Below, in pieces: positions 29,526-41,540 of a DNA stretch of 64,000 bases (position 1 is the stretch's first letter; every line of letters begins with the position of its first letter). The stretch spans positions 21,886,001 to 21,950,000 of the forward strand of contig NC_090355.1 in NCBI RefSeq assembly GCF_035084215.1, given 5' to 3'. The stretch is from Heptranchias perlo. Its lineage: Eukaryota. A program made the position numbers and the translations under genes. The notes under the pieces were generated by a model. That model was not told where the DNA came from, made no database searches, and was given only the letters and a program-made list of their open reading frames with translations.

Positions 29526-29759
29526 CACATACAATGAACCTCAGACTAATGAATCACTCACATCTGTGTGCGCACCATAACAAAACAACAATAACAACAA
29601 CAACTTGCATTTATATAGCACCTTTAATTTAGTAAAACGTCCCAAGGCAATGCACAGGAGGGTTATCAAACAAAATTTGATGCCGAGCCGCATAAGGAGA
29701 TGTTAGGACAGGTGACCAAAAGTTTGGTCAAAGAGGTAGGTTTTAAGGAGCGTCTTACC

Positions 29760-31680
29760 CCCACTCCACAAAAAAAAAATTAAGCTTTGACCTCTTTGTC
29801 CTTTCAAATTACTGCCCCATCTCCAACCTCCATTATCTCTCCAAAGTCTATGTCCCCTCCCTCATGTCCATCTCTCCCACAACTCCCTATCTAAATCCCT
29901 CCAATCAAGCTTCCACCCCTCCTACAGCCCTAAAACAAAATCACAAATGACTGTGACGCATGGTGCATTATCGCTCCTTATCCTCCTCAATCCATTTGCA
30001 GCCTTTGACACAGTTGACCATACCATCCTACTTCAATGACTCTCCTCTGTTGTACAGTTCAGTGGGACTGCCCTCACTTGATTCCACTTGTACCTATCCG
30101 ATCGTAGCCAGAGCATCTCTACCCCAATGTCTCTTCTTCCCACCCCTGCTTCATCACCTCAGGGGTTCCCAAGGGTTCTCCTCAGCTACATGTGACCCCT
30201 GGTACTAGACTCTCCAGCCAAGAGAAACAGCCTCTCAGCATCTACCCTGTCAAGTCCTCTTAAGAATTTTATACGTTTCAATGAGATCATCTCTCATTCT
30301 TCTAAACTCCAGAGTCAAAGACGTTGATGAGGGTTTCTGTGCCAGATGGGCTGAGGTAGGAGCAGAGGTAGAACCCCTTGGTGACATTATTTGCATATAG
30401 GATCAGTATCCATTTACACACTGATCACATCCAGTTCCATCTCTCCGTGATTTGTCTTGACCCCTCTGCTGCTTCTGTGTTGTCAGGCTGCTTGGCTGAC
30501 ATCCAGTCTTGGATGAGCTGCAATTTCTTCCAGCTAAACATTGGGAAGACCGAAGCTTAGGTCCCCACCATAAACTCTGTACCAACTCCATCTCCCTCCC
30601 CGGCCACTGCCTCAGGCTGAAGTACAGTGTTCAAAACCTTGACATTCTAGTCAATGGAGATCTGACTTAATATCTCTCCATCACAAAGACCATTGACTTC
30701 TGCCTCTGTAACAGTGCCCACCTCTGCTCCTCCCTCCAACCCATCTGGCACAGAAACCCTCATCAACGTCTTTGTCTCTGGAGTTTAGAAGAATGAGAGG
30801 TGATCTCACTGAAATGTATAAAATTCTTCGTGGGCTTGACAGGGTAGATGCTGAGAGGCTGTTTCCCTTGACTGGAGAGTCTAGAACTAGGGGTCACAGT
30901 CTCAAAATAAGGGGTCAGCCATTTAGGAACAAGATAAGGAAACATTTCTTCATTCAGAGGGTTGTGAATCTTTGGAATTCTATACTGCAGAGGGCTGTGG
31001 ATGCTCAGTTGTTGAGTACATTCAAGACTGAGATCACTAGATTTTTGAACACTCAGGGAATCGGGATAGGGCGGGAAAGTTGAGTTGAGGTAGAAGATCA
31101 GCCATGATTTTATTGAATGGCAGAGTAGGGGCCTGTTTCTTATGTTTTAATGTTCTTATGTTCACCTTCAGACTTGATAAATCAAATGCTTTCCTGCCCA
31201 CTTCCACCCTCTGTAAACCAGTTCATTCAAAACTCTGCTGCCCATATCCAATCCCACACCAAGTCCTAGTTGTCTATCACCCCTGTCCTTGCTGACCTAC
31301 ATTGGCTCCTGGTCCCTCCACACCTCAAATTTAAAATTTTCATTTGTGTTTAAATCCCCTCCTCCTCTCCCTAACCTTTCAGCACTACTGCACCACCCCT
31401 TGAACTTTCTGTTCCGCTGACTTTAGCCTCTTGTGCACCCCTTCTCTCTTTGCCCCACCTAGACCCCTTGCTCTTGAATTCCCTCCCTAAATCGCTACAT
31501 CTCTCCACCCCCCTCTTCTTTAAGACCCTTTTTAAAACCCACCAGTTTGGCCAAGCTCTTGGTCACTCCTCCTCATAACCCCTTCTTTGGCTCGGTATCT
31601 ATTTTCTCCTTACACCTCTGTGAAGCATCTTGGGATGCTTTTTTATGTTAAAAGTGCTATATGAATGAAAGTTGCTGTTT
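29760..31680 (+). mobile_element. Degenerate L2 LINE (RT to 3' end) interrupted by a CR1 fragment at ~30775-31160
   Basis: SNLHYLSKV, AFDTVDH, DIQSWMSCNFFQLNIGKTEA, LADLHWL motifs; CR1 insert ORF 30772..31083 (EFRRMRGDL...RTRGHSLKI...VVNLWNS). Confidence 0.82.
30191..30898. repeat. Inverted repeat, ~179-bp arms (30191-30369 / 30720-30898)
   Basis: Both arms contain the same L2/CR1 junction (cagaaaccctcatcaacgtctttg.ctctggagtttagaagaatgagag) in opposite orientations. Confidence 0.9.
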
Positions 31681-31774
31681 TTTTATTACTGTTTGATATG
31701 GCACAGTATCAGATATAGATTCAACGTCATGTGGATCCTGATTAATAAGGTGTTGAAAATACCTTCTGTACAGT

Positions 31775-33165
31775 ACAACAACAACAATTTGCATTTATAT
31801 CGTGTCTTTAAAGTAGTAAACCTCCTAAGGTGCTTCACAGCAGCGTTATCAAACAAAATTTGACACAGAGCCACATAAGGTGATCTTAGGACAGGTGACC
31901 AAAAGCTTAGTCAAAGAGGCAGGTTTTAAGGAGTGTCATAAAGGAGGAGAGAGAGGTAGGGAGGTGGAGAGGTTTAGCGAAGGAATTCCAGAGCTTAGGG
32001 CCTCGGCAGCTAAAGGTACGGCCACCATCGTGGAACGATTAAAATCAGGGATGCACAAGAGGCAAGAATTGGAGGAGCGCAGAGACATCAGAGGGTTGTA
32101 GGGCTGGAGGAGGTTACAGAGACCGGCGGGGGGGGGCGGGTGGGGGTGGTGGTGGGTGGGGGGTGGTGAGGCCATGGAGAGATTTGAAAACAAGTATAAG
32201 AATTTTAAAATCGAGGCGTTCCTGGACTGGGAGCCAATGTAGGTCAGCGAGAACAGGGGTAATGGGTGAACAGAACTTGGTGCGAGTTAGGATATGGGCA
32301 GCGGAGTTTTGGATGAGCTCAAGATTATGGAGGGTGGAAGATGGGAGGCTTGCCAGGAGAAAATTGGAGTAATCAAATCCAGAGGTAACAAAGGCATGGG
32401 GGAGGGTTTCGGCAGCAGATGAGCTGAGGCAGGGGAGACAGGCGATGTTACGGAGGTGGAAGTAGGCAGTCTTGGTGATGGAGCGGATATGTGGTCGGAA
32501 GCTCCTATCAGGGTCAAGTAGGACTCCAAAGTTGCGAACAGTCTGGTTCAGCCTCAGACAGTGACCAGGGAGAGGGATGGAGTTGGTGGCTGGGGAACGG
32601 AGTTTGTGGCAGGAAATGAAGACAATGGCTTCGGTCTTCCCAATATGTTGGAGGAAATTTTTGCTCATCCACAGACAAGCAGTGTGACAAATTAGAGTCA
32701 GTGGATGGGTCGAGGGAGGTGGTGGTGAGGTCGAGCGTACATGTGGAACCTGACGTGTTTTCGGATGATGTCGCTGAGGGGCAGCACATAGATGAGAAAT
32801 AGGAGAGAGCCAAGGATAGATCCTTAGGGGACTCCAAAGGTAATGGTGCAACAGCGGGAAGAGAAGCCATTGCAGGTTCTGTGGCTACGATTGGATAGAT
32901 AAGAATGGAACCAGGCGAGCGCAGTCCCACCCGGCTGGACAATGGAGGAGAGGCGTTGGAGGAGGGTGTGGTCAACTGTGTCAAAGGCTGCAGACAGGTC
33001 GAGAAGGATGAGGAGGGATAGTTTACCACGGTCACGGTCACAGTCACATAGGATATCATTTGTAACTTTGATCAGTGCCGTTTTAGTATTGTGGCGGGGC
33101 AGAAACCTGATTGGAGGGATACAAACATGGAGTTGAGGAAAAGATGGGCACGAATTTGGGCGGCG
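31775..33165 (-). mobile_element. L2 LINE, 5'-truncated RT to 3' tail
   Basis: ORFs 32824..33180 (TKTALIKVTND...LDLSAAFDTVDH) and 32114..32851 (TAYFHLRNIA...ITPVLADLHWLPV); (TTG)n-like tail. Confidence 0.92.
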
Positions 33166-33178
33166 ACAAAACGCCTCC

Positions 33179-33220
33179 ATTGCAGATTATACATTGTAGA
33201 TTATACATTGTAGATTATAC
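33179..33220. repeat. 14-bp tandem repeat x3
   Basis: attgYagattatac three times, beside the L2 5' end. Confidence 0.85.
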
Positions 33221-34209
33221 AGCACACCTATGCATTTGAGGTCTATTGTTTTCCATGATGGATGCAACGTATGGTCCAATAATATTTTGTGCTAAACTTT
33301 GATTGGTTAAAGGATGATGTCATCTGATCAAATGTGAATTTTTTGTTTAATGTCATTATGTTGTTTGGTAATGAGACTTCAAGCTTTGCTCGCAAAACAT
33401 CAAAACCCCTTAATTGTGTCACAGCTCTGTAACATGCTCCCAAGCAAAAATGATTAAATAAACATATTAAAAGTTTTATGTATAGCATGTACTCTCTGTG
33501 CTTCTAGGATAGTCAAGTCACACTATTTCCAAGATGCCCTGGGTAATGTCGCAGAATTTGATTTGTTGATGGTGGCTGTTATAAAGTCTCCAAATTCTGA
33601 CAATTGAGGTTGACAAGATTTTTGGTGTACAATATGAATGGAGTAAGCCAGTTCACAACAGCAGCACTTGTTTCACAAACTTAGCCCAAACCCTTCCTGC
33701 TCCTCAACGGTGCCAACCGCCCATTCTTGTCTCACCTCCCCTCTGCCCGTTCTCATTTCCCCTCTTCCTCAGGCCTGAGCCATCTGTTCTCGTCACTGCC
33801 TTGGCCACTGCTTCCCACCCTCGAGGCCTGTTCCTTCAGGATTTGGCCAAGGGCACAGATGGCTGATGTGTTATTTTAAGGTTTAAAGGTGGGCATACCC
33901 CCTCCAGTGGCCTGCCTTTGGTGTGTGTTGTGCACCATTTTTTCCTGCAGGAAGATTGAATACATGACGGGAAGATTAGCAGTTGAGGACTTGTGTCAAA
34001 TTGCATGGGAGAGTCGAAGTAACAGAAATGGGGATATCAGCCTGTTAAAGCAGAGGAAGGGGTTTTAGTGCTCTGCATTGCTGCTAGGGGAGGTGGGTAG
34101 CCAGATCCCGATTGGGGCCCCCATTAACCAGAGTATATTTTGAAGGGTTAGTTGTTCAAGTGTTGCTTTAAGAGAGTGGGCAAGGAAGAAAAAGGAGAGT
34201 GCCCAGTGC

Positions 34210-34430
34210 CTTACCTTGTATGCCCTGGTCATTAAACTTCTTGCAGCACTGATCGACAGTCCTGGAAGTGAGAGAGTTGGCACTCAATGCAGGGGCCACC
34301 TCCTTCAGGTGGCACGAATGACATTCCTGCCAGGCTAGCTGGCACAGATACCCAGGAGTCATTGCATCCTTAATTCAATTTCCTCGAGGAGGGCTTGGAG
34401 GTCTGAGTCAGAAAATTCTGCTCTGCTTCT
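34210..34430 (-). mobile_element. PIF/Harbinger Myb/SANT-like ORF remnant
   Basis: RSRAEFSDSDLQALLEEIE ... LKEVAPALSANSLTSRTVDQCCKKFND, with frame disruption, followed by donor AAG|GTAAGG. Confidence 0.6.
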
Positions 34431-34760
34431 GTGCCTGTGAGGAATCCCCTGCTGCCTTGTTTGACTGCTTGTTCGAGGGGGTCATGCTGTCGACATTCTT
34501 GAAAAGTATTATGAAAAGATTGATGAAACATGTAGTGAAGTTATCTGAGAGTCAAATGAGTGCACCAAGCACTGCTCCTTCCATATCTGGTCTGCTGCTG
34601 AAGTGTGCAGGCTGTCTATTCAAAGGCTGCACTCCAATTTCCATGCACAGCAACAATTTACACCTGTTTTACAAGGGATTTAGGCCAATCACCACTTCAA
34701 GGGTATGCAAATGAGTGGATCCTGGAAACGCTCATCTAAATACCTCTTCCAGCACAAATC

Positions 34761-35713
34761 TTTTTTTTTTAAATGGAGTAACAGCAGAAAAACAACTTTG
34801 ACCACAAGGCGATCAGCAAATGGTCTGCACGCAACGTCCTTGAGACCCTGCGGGAAAAGGAGATGGTGGATCCTGTCGGTTGGTTCCCTGAGCAGACTGT
34901 CAATGTCATTTGGCAGAACGCCTCATCGCCAGAGTTTTCAAACAAGCACCAAGACCTAGCTTGGCTGGTGGTGAGAAGGGCCCTTCCAGTCAGATCCTTC
35001 ATGCACTCCCGGAGTCTCAGCGCCACCGCTCACTGTCCCAGAGGAGGCTGCGATGCAAACGAGACAATCACCTCTCTCCTTCTGGAATGTGCCTTTGCAA
35101 AGAAGATCTGGAAAAAGATGCAGTGGTATCTGTCCAGGTTCGTCCTGAGCAGTTCCGTAACACAGGACTCTGTGTTCTACGGGCTGTTCCCAGGGACGCA
35201 CACCGAGACGGACATCAACTGCTACTGGAAGACCATCAACTCAGTGAAAGACGCACTTTGGTCTGCCCGAAACTTGCTGGTCTTCCAGTGCAAGGAGCTG
35301 TCCTCGACCGAGTGTTGCAGACTGGCACATTCCAAGGTCCAGGACTACGTGCTCATGGACACACTGAAGCTGGGTGCGGCCGCCGCAAAGGCTCTGTGGG
35401 GAAAGACAACTGTTTAAAGCCTTCCCGCCATTGTATACCAAGGGACTGCAATCAGGGAAAAACCCCCTCAGGCAGAATGTAAAATTCAAATTGATGTAAT
35501 GTACCTGTAATCAATAATCTGTATTGAGTGTAATGCAATGAGGCACCTTAGAGTGTCATGAACTGTAATTATGTGCAATGTGTTCATTGAACTGTACTTG
35601 ATGTAACCTGCAAATTGTATAATCTGTATTGTGTATGTTTGGAATGTGATGACAACTGTATTGTATGTATTGTTGCAAATTTTATGAATAAAGTATATTT
35701 CTTGAAAAAAAAA
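34761..35713 (+). mobile_element. L1/Tx1-clade LINE 3' fragment with poly(A) and probable TSD
   Basis: ORF 34863..35417 (WQNASSPEFSNKHQDLAW...CPRGGC...LLLECAFA); AATAAA then A-tail at ~35705; flanked by cagcacaaatc (34750-34760) and cagcgcaaatc (35717-35727). Confidence 0.88.
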
Positions 35714-36649
35714 CAGCAGCGCAAATCATTGCATGGAAATTCTCCCCCATATATTCTTACCTTTCATCCAGTGCCCCTTGGCTTTTACCATACAGTTTGG
35801 AGGTGGGACCCACATCAGAAAAATTGCCCACTGGCTTGACAAAAACTAACTTCACCAGCTGATTTTTCACATAGGCCATCAATGTTTAAAACTCTGACGA
35901 TTGACAAGATCTTGCCATAAACATGACCAGGCTAATGTTGGACAATATTTTCTGGCGTCAAACTAACACAGCTGCTGGACGAGCTGTCTTGTCTGCAGCT
36001 CTGTTGGCCGAGTGAAGATAACTTGTCCCTCGCACAGTAAGGATTAAGGTCTTATTTTCAAGTAATCTATATAGTCATTAATCTGATTTCTCACATAGTT
36101 CAATCTATTCTTCAGAAGGAGGGTCTAGACTAAGGACTTTACGGCCACCAACTGGAATGGTGTCTACACAGCTACAATTACTTTGTGTCTCATTGTTGAG
36201 TGACATGTTACAGAAAGTAGAATGGTGCATGACATGGAGGTAAAAGTGGTTAAGAAAGAGGTTCTCAGCTTCTCGAACACCTAAGCAATAATTCCCTAGC
36301 AAAACTCTCCCATCGAGGCACCAACAAACAGGCAAGTATACTGCTTCCTTCCATTGTGCAAACTGTAAAAGAAAGGGAAAAGAGCCAACCATGAGGTAGA
36401 TTTATGTGCTCAGCAATGGCACTTGTGCTGGCCATAATTTACAGCTTGCAATGAGTTGTGAACTTTGGACAGCACTGAGGTTCTGTTAATTCAAGTGATT
36501 GGCAACCTTGCCACATGCTAAATTTAGCTCCACTTCAAAGAAGCCATATGAGTTCTGCAACCTCTTGCTACTGCCGTAGGCCCAAGAGCAACTCAACCGT
36601 TCAGATCCAACATAGAGCCCCTTCCTCACAGGTGCTTGGTGTCGATCTG

Positions 36650-37850
36650 CCTCTGATTCTTCCACTATGATTCTGGCACAGAGAATGACAGAGATATTAC
36701 CTGTGCTGGATGCTTGGAAGGATGTTGAAAAAGATGCAGTGGTAATAGATTCACATCTTCCTTGCCCCTTATGTTGCTCATCTCCCCATGCTCTGTCAAG
36801 AAACCACATGAGATTTCAATCAGTGCTTCAGAAATTATCAGAGTATGACCAGAGCATTGGCACTCCATCACGACCTGGTCATTATGTTTGATCTGGCTGA
36901 CCAGTGCACAAAGTGGACAATGGGAAATCTCAGATCAGCCCAGCCCCACCATTGCTATGCAGCTCCTTGGACTGCAAAAATTCAACTATTGCTCCTCATG
37001 CACTGTTCAGGGCTTCTTTTGTGATGGATTCACAAGCTGGGTAAGCTTTGCTTGCAAATAGAGCAGCACAGTAGGAATTGTATTCAATTACATATTGTTC
37101 CTGCATCGAACTGCTGAAACGCGGTTACACTGTGCTTTCCTAAAACTTTCCCTTTAAGGAATTAGAGTCAACATATTTGAGTACTTAAATCAGTGCCTGG
37201 ACAGAGTTAGGGCCACACGTCAATTCAAATGCTTAGTGCATATGCTGAGAGTCATTTCCAGAACAAACTGACACAAGTTTCGATGCCTGTCTCTCATACT
37301 TCTTGAAACACAACTCGTTCGGATGTATTTGCGGTGATCCACACCGTTTGCCAAATCTAAGAATAGTCTGATTGGTTTGCCTGATCCTAACATAGAACAA
37401 TTACATGCCTTTATACAAATAGGTCATTTGGCACGTTATGACTTACTTCCGTGCACTTTTCCACACCATGCAGCTTCCTGTCGACCTGTTTACAGGTCTG
37501 AAATATTACGCACGTGGGGTTGACATTGTTAAATACCTCTGTCGTGCTCGATCTCCTCACCGTCATGACGTAAATGTCAAACGAAGAATCGTATCTGCAT
37601 GGTCTCATGGGTACAATAAGCTCTGTCACTTTGACGTGAAGTGATAAAGTTCCTGGTTTACCCTTTCCACAGCTGCACTGATGAACTTTAACAACTCGAG
37701 TTGGTCCTTCAGTTGCTATTTGTTGCTTCCACGCCTCTTGGTTGACCGTTGAAACAAATTAGGTCCCACGAATACCCACATTACAGAAGCACCGACCACT
37801 CTTGATACTGGGTCATTATTTTACTGCAGAAACTGGACAGATTTCTCACT
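36650..37850 (+). mobile_element. Highly eroded non-LTR RT relic (RTE-like)
   Basis: Ordered faint motifs: AWKD..KDAVVI, IELLKRGY, DVFAVI (FADD position), IGL..N, VDIVKYL...DVNVKRRIVSAWSHGYNKL, RPLLILGH; many stops/frameshifts. Confidence 0.4.
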
Positions 37851-38669
37851 TGAAATGGTAACAAGAAAAGCACCCACCGCTGAAAAACTCCAGCATACTT
37901 CTCATGGTTTTAATGTCATCTCAATCCTTTGGTACGTCACAGCCTTGAACGTACTTCTGTGTTTATTTTATATGCATGAGAACAAGTTATGGAGTAAAAA
38001 GCACAGAAAGTTAAAAATATTGTAGAACAGTTTTTTGACTTTCCTAAAGGTGTAATTTTTTGATATCAACTTTTTTGCTAACCTGGTTCTAGACTCTCGA
38101 ATGTAATAAAATCCCCTCCCACAGCTCGACTCCCTACTTTCCTGTCTGTTTCTCATCTTATGTAATGCAAATAAAGTTTCCACAGGGTAGCTCTACAAGC
38201 GTGACGCTGAACACCGGCTTCACGAATATTCAATTCAATTAATTGGCTCAATTTAATCAGTTCTCAGATTTGCCACTAGATGGAGCACTGTATGGCAGTG
38301 AAGTGTCAGATGGGAATTAAAACCTGTTAAAACCAATCCCCTGCACAGAATGTAGCTTTTCTTGGTGGATTGCAGAGCAAGCCTGAGAACAGCAGTGAAG
38401 ATGTTTGAATTTCAAAATGTTGTCTTCCTAACTGTAGAAATTAGCAAGGTCAGGGAGGCTTGGGACTAGAGGATGCAAGCAGGATTCATATTTTTTTTGG
38501 AATAAAAGCGGAAGGTTATGCCGAAATTAAAAAGAAAATATTCCCAAAGGGGAAAAAAGAGGCTTAGGGGTAGAGAGAAGCAGAAAACTGCTGTAGAAGG
38601 GGCAAAGGGTATCAAAAGGTTGAGTTACAAAACTAGGGAAAGAAGTAAAGATCGATGTTTCAAAAAATT

Positions 38670-38900
38670 GAAATCACTCAAAACAAAACTGGCGAATTAG
38701 AAGCATTAATAATAACTATGGGGGCTCATGAAATAGTAGCCAGGAGAGAGAGACGGTTTAGGTTTGGACAGAACTGGAAACTTAATACTCCTGGTTATAG
38801 CATTTTCAGCAGAGATCAGGGAAAAGTGGGGTGGGTGGCAATATTAATAAAGTGCAAGAATGTAAGATTGCATAGGAGGTTAGAATCTCCCTTCCTGTTG
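38670..38900 (+). mobile_element. Old CR1 endonuclease fragment
   Basis: NKTGELEALI...EIVA...WKLNTPGYSIFSRD..K.GWVAILIK in ORF 38655..38912. Confidence 0.65.
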
Positions 38901-41540
38901 AGCTTTGCATGAAGCTAATTTGAAAGGGAGGGGATGCAGTAGCAGATCTTCTCACCAATCCCTGCAGGAACCAAACCCCATCTTCCTGAGGGGACAGGAA
39001 AGAGATGAACAAAGACCCACATATTTGTTGTCAGATTTTTAAACAGAGAGTTGTGATAGCTCTAGGCAGGCTCAAAAAGTCAGAAATGTTGGAGGAACAG
39101 TTAGAAGACATCTTGTTTAAGTCAAGTAAGATGACCCATTGATGTGGGGAAGTGTGGCATGTTCTATATTTTGTATCGGTATGCAAAGATAGATTGTACT
39201 GTTTAAAATAAGCGAGTCCAATCATAGCTGCTATTCTTAATGTTCACCTTGCTGTGAATTAAAGCAGATTATTGATTTGTTTCAAGCCTCGTCTCACCAA
39301 GTATTTTCTCTGTCTGCTTTTGGCAACATTAAGGTAGCATTCATAGAAAAGACACAGTTCAGACCACAAGGTAATACTATTGTTTTATCTATAGGTTATG
39401 TTATTGCGTCGGTAGATATAGAGCAGTTGGTGAAGTGACAGCAAGAGAACAGTTGGGAAATTGCAACCACAATTCAAAGCTCAATGTGAAAATAGAAATG
39501 AATCATACATAGCCAAACATAAGGGAGCTTGTCTGGGACAGCAATCATGAACCAGTTGGCTTTTTACATCAATCCAGTAAATTTAGAGGTCATTTTTTCT
39601 GCTGCTAGTCTATAAATGATCAGATTTATTGACTTCAATTTCATAAATTGTTATAGGTGAGATTTGAACTCATAGTCTCTTGGGTTATTAGTCCGCTACC
39701 ATAACCACTAGGTTACCATACTCAACTGTATTGTCACCAAGCAAATGCAAATGAACTGAGGTAATGCTGTTTCCATGTACTCATTGCAATCTGCAACCAA
39801 TGGCTTATCAATTTGAGAAGGATAGTTGTTTTTTGCATCATGAGCCTTGTTGAAAAAAACCTCATTATAAAATGATACACACATTCTGACTTTGTGCAAT
39901 CATACTGAAACTGTTTTAATCACAGTATTGTGCCTTATTTTAAATATACTAGCAGATCTCCTGCAGCATTGTTCAAGATTCATCAGAGGACACACTTTTA
40001 TCAGGACAGGAGCATTACACCATACAATGCACAATATATTATTCTGCTGCTTTGTGGAGCTGTGCGTAATCTGACCTGTAAAGTCACATGGTCTCATTGC
40101 TATAAATAGACTCTGTTACATTTTTGGATCTTTTCTAATCTTATTCCAGATTATTTAGGCTCTCATATTTTAGATAACTGTCTAGTCCCAACTTTTGAGA
40201 GTCTATCCTTGCCTTGAGTTCAAGGTAAGCTTTCAGGAATGTGGGTGGAAAATGAATGGCAAGTTTTGCCTGGTAATTGCTTTTCTCTATTGAACTTATT
40301 CTGTGCCTCAACAAGATCTCACTCCAGTCTTCAAAAGCAGTAGAGCATCACATCAGAACTTGTTTTAAGTTTCAAATATTAAGGAAATTTATTTTATAAA
40401 AGATGAATGAGCAAAAGTCTTGGAAAATACTCATATATTGACAGAATACATCCTTCCACCCAACTCCTTGAAAGGACAAAATAAAATTATCACCAATCTG
40501 AGAGCTAAGTTAACCCTGAGTAAATAATTTTTTCACAGTAATATTTCTTTTCCTTGAACTTCTTTCTACCATGGGAGCCTAATTTATCAAAATGGTTCCT
40601 TGGCAATTCAAAGCAATTTTTTCTGTCTTTTGTAAGTTTCAAGTTGACTGGTTTCCCCCTTTGAGACTTTCAAATGGCATCTCCCCTCCACTGATTCAGA
40701 CAGAATTTTTTTTTTATATCCCAGAAGATTATATTTGAATATCCCACCTCTCAAATTTATAAAGGAACTTTCAGTCATATACAAACTGAACTAATCACAC
40801 ACAGTATTGTTTAAGTTTGAATTATTCCTTTTTCCAGCCTGTAATTTATGAAATCCACAGTATTGTATTGAAATAAGTTTGGTGCTGGAATCTGTACTGC
40901 AGTTGTTCTTTTAAACTGCAGATATACTGTGACTGCATTCAAAGGAACAACCACTAAACCAAAACTAAAGAAAAAAATATCTAATTTTGTCATAGGCACA
41001 CTCCATAGTCAGTTAGAGGATAATTGCTCAGGCAGATTGTGAGGCCAAATAGAGCGTATTTTCTGTTGCTAGGTAAGTTTCTCTGAAATCAGCAGGAAGT
41101 GACACTTTTTTGTCTGCAAAGCACCGGTTTCGCACAGAAGTTGCAGCAGGAGACTGGCAGAACCTCCATGGAATTTTAGCCTCTTCCCAGGTGCAGTAAA
41201 TAAAATTTAATGTGACCAGCAAAAAACTATAAGAAGATATTAAAAACATAAAAAATGTTGTGATTTGATGGAATTCCCTATTTGTCTCCAAAACTGTGGG
41301 TGATGTTTAACTTTGTTAGACATGCTTTATCCACTAGATGGCTCTTTCAGCTCCACTTTACGTAGATCTTAGATTTGAAACCCAAAGAAGGATCCAGTTA
41401 ACATAAATTTGTAAGTAATTTACTGACATCATACAACATCAGACTTCACTTTCAGGCTAATGTTCTTAAGGTTATAAATGTTGGAGCATGAGAAAGGAAA
41501 TAAATCATGAAATAAATATTTCTCTAAGATTGCATTATAT

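Noticed and set aside
37344-37364. Minus-strand ILRFGKR, resembling an RFamide neuropeptide with cleavage site
   Set aside because: No signal-peptide exon, the apparent upstream intron is only 60 nt, and the region is better explained as the antisense of an RT relic.
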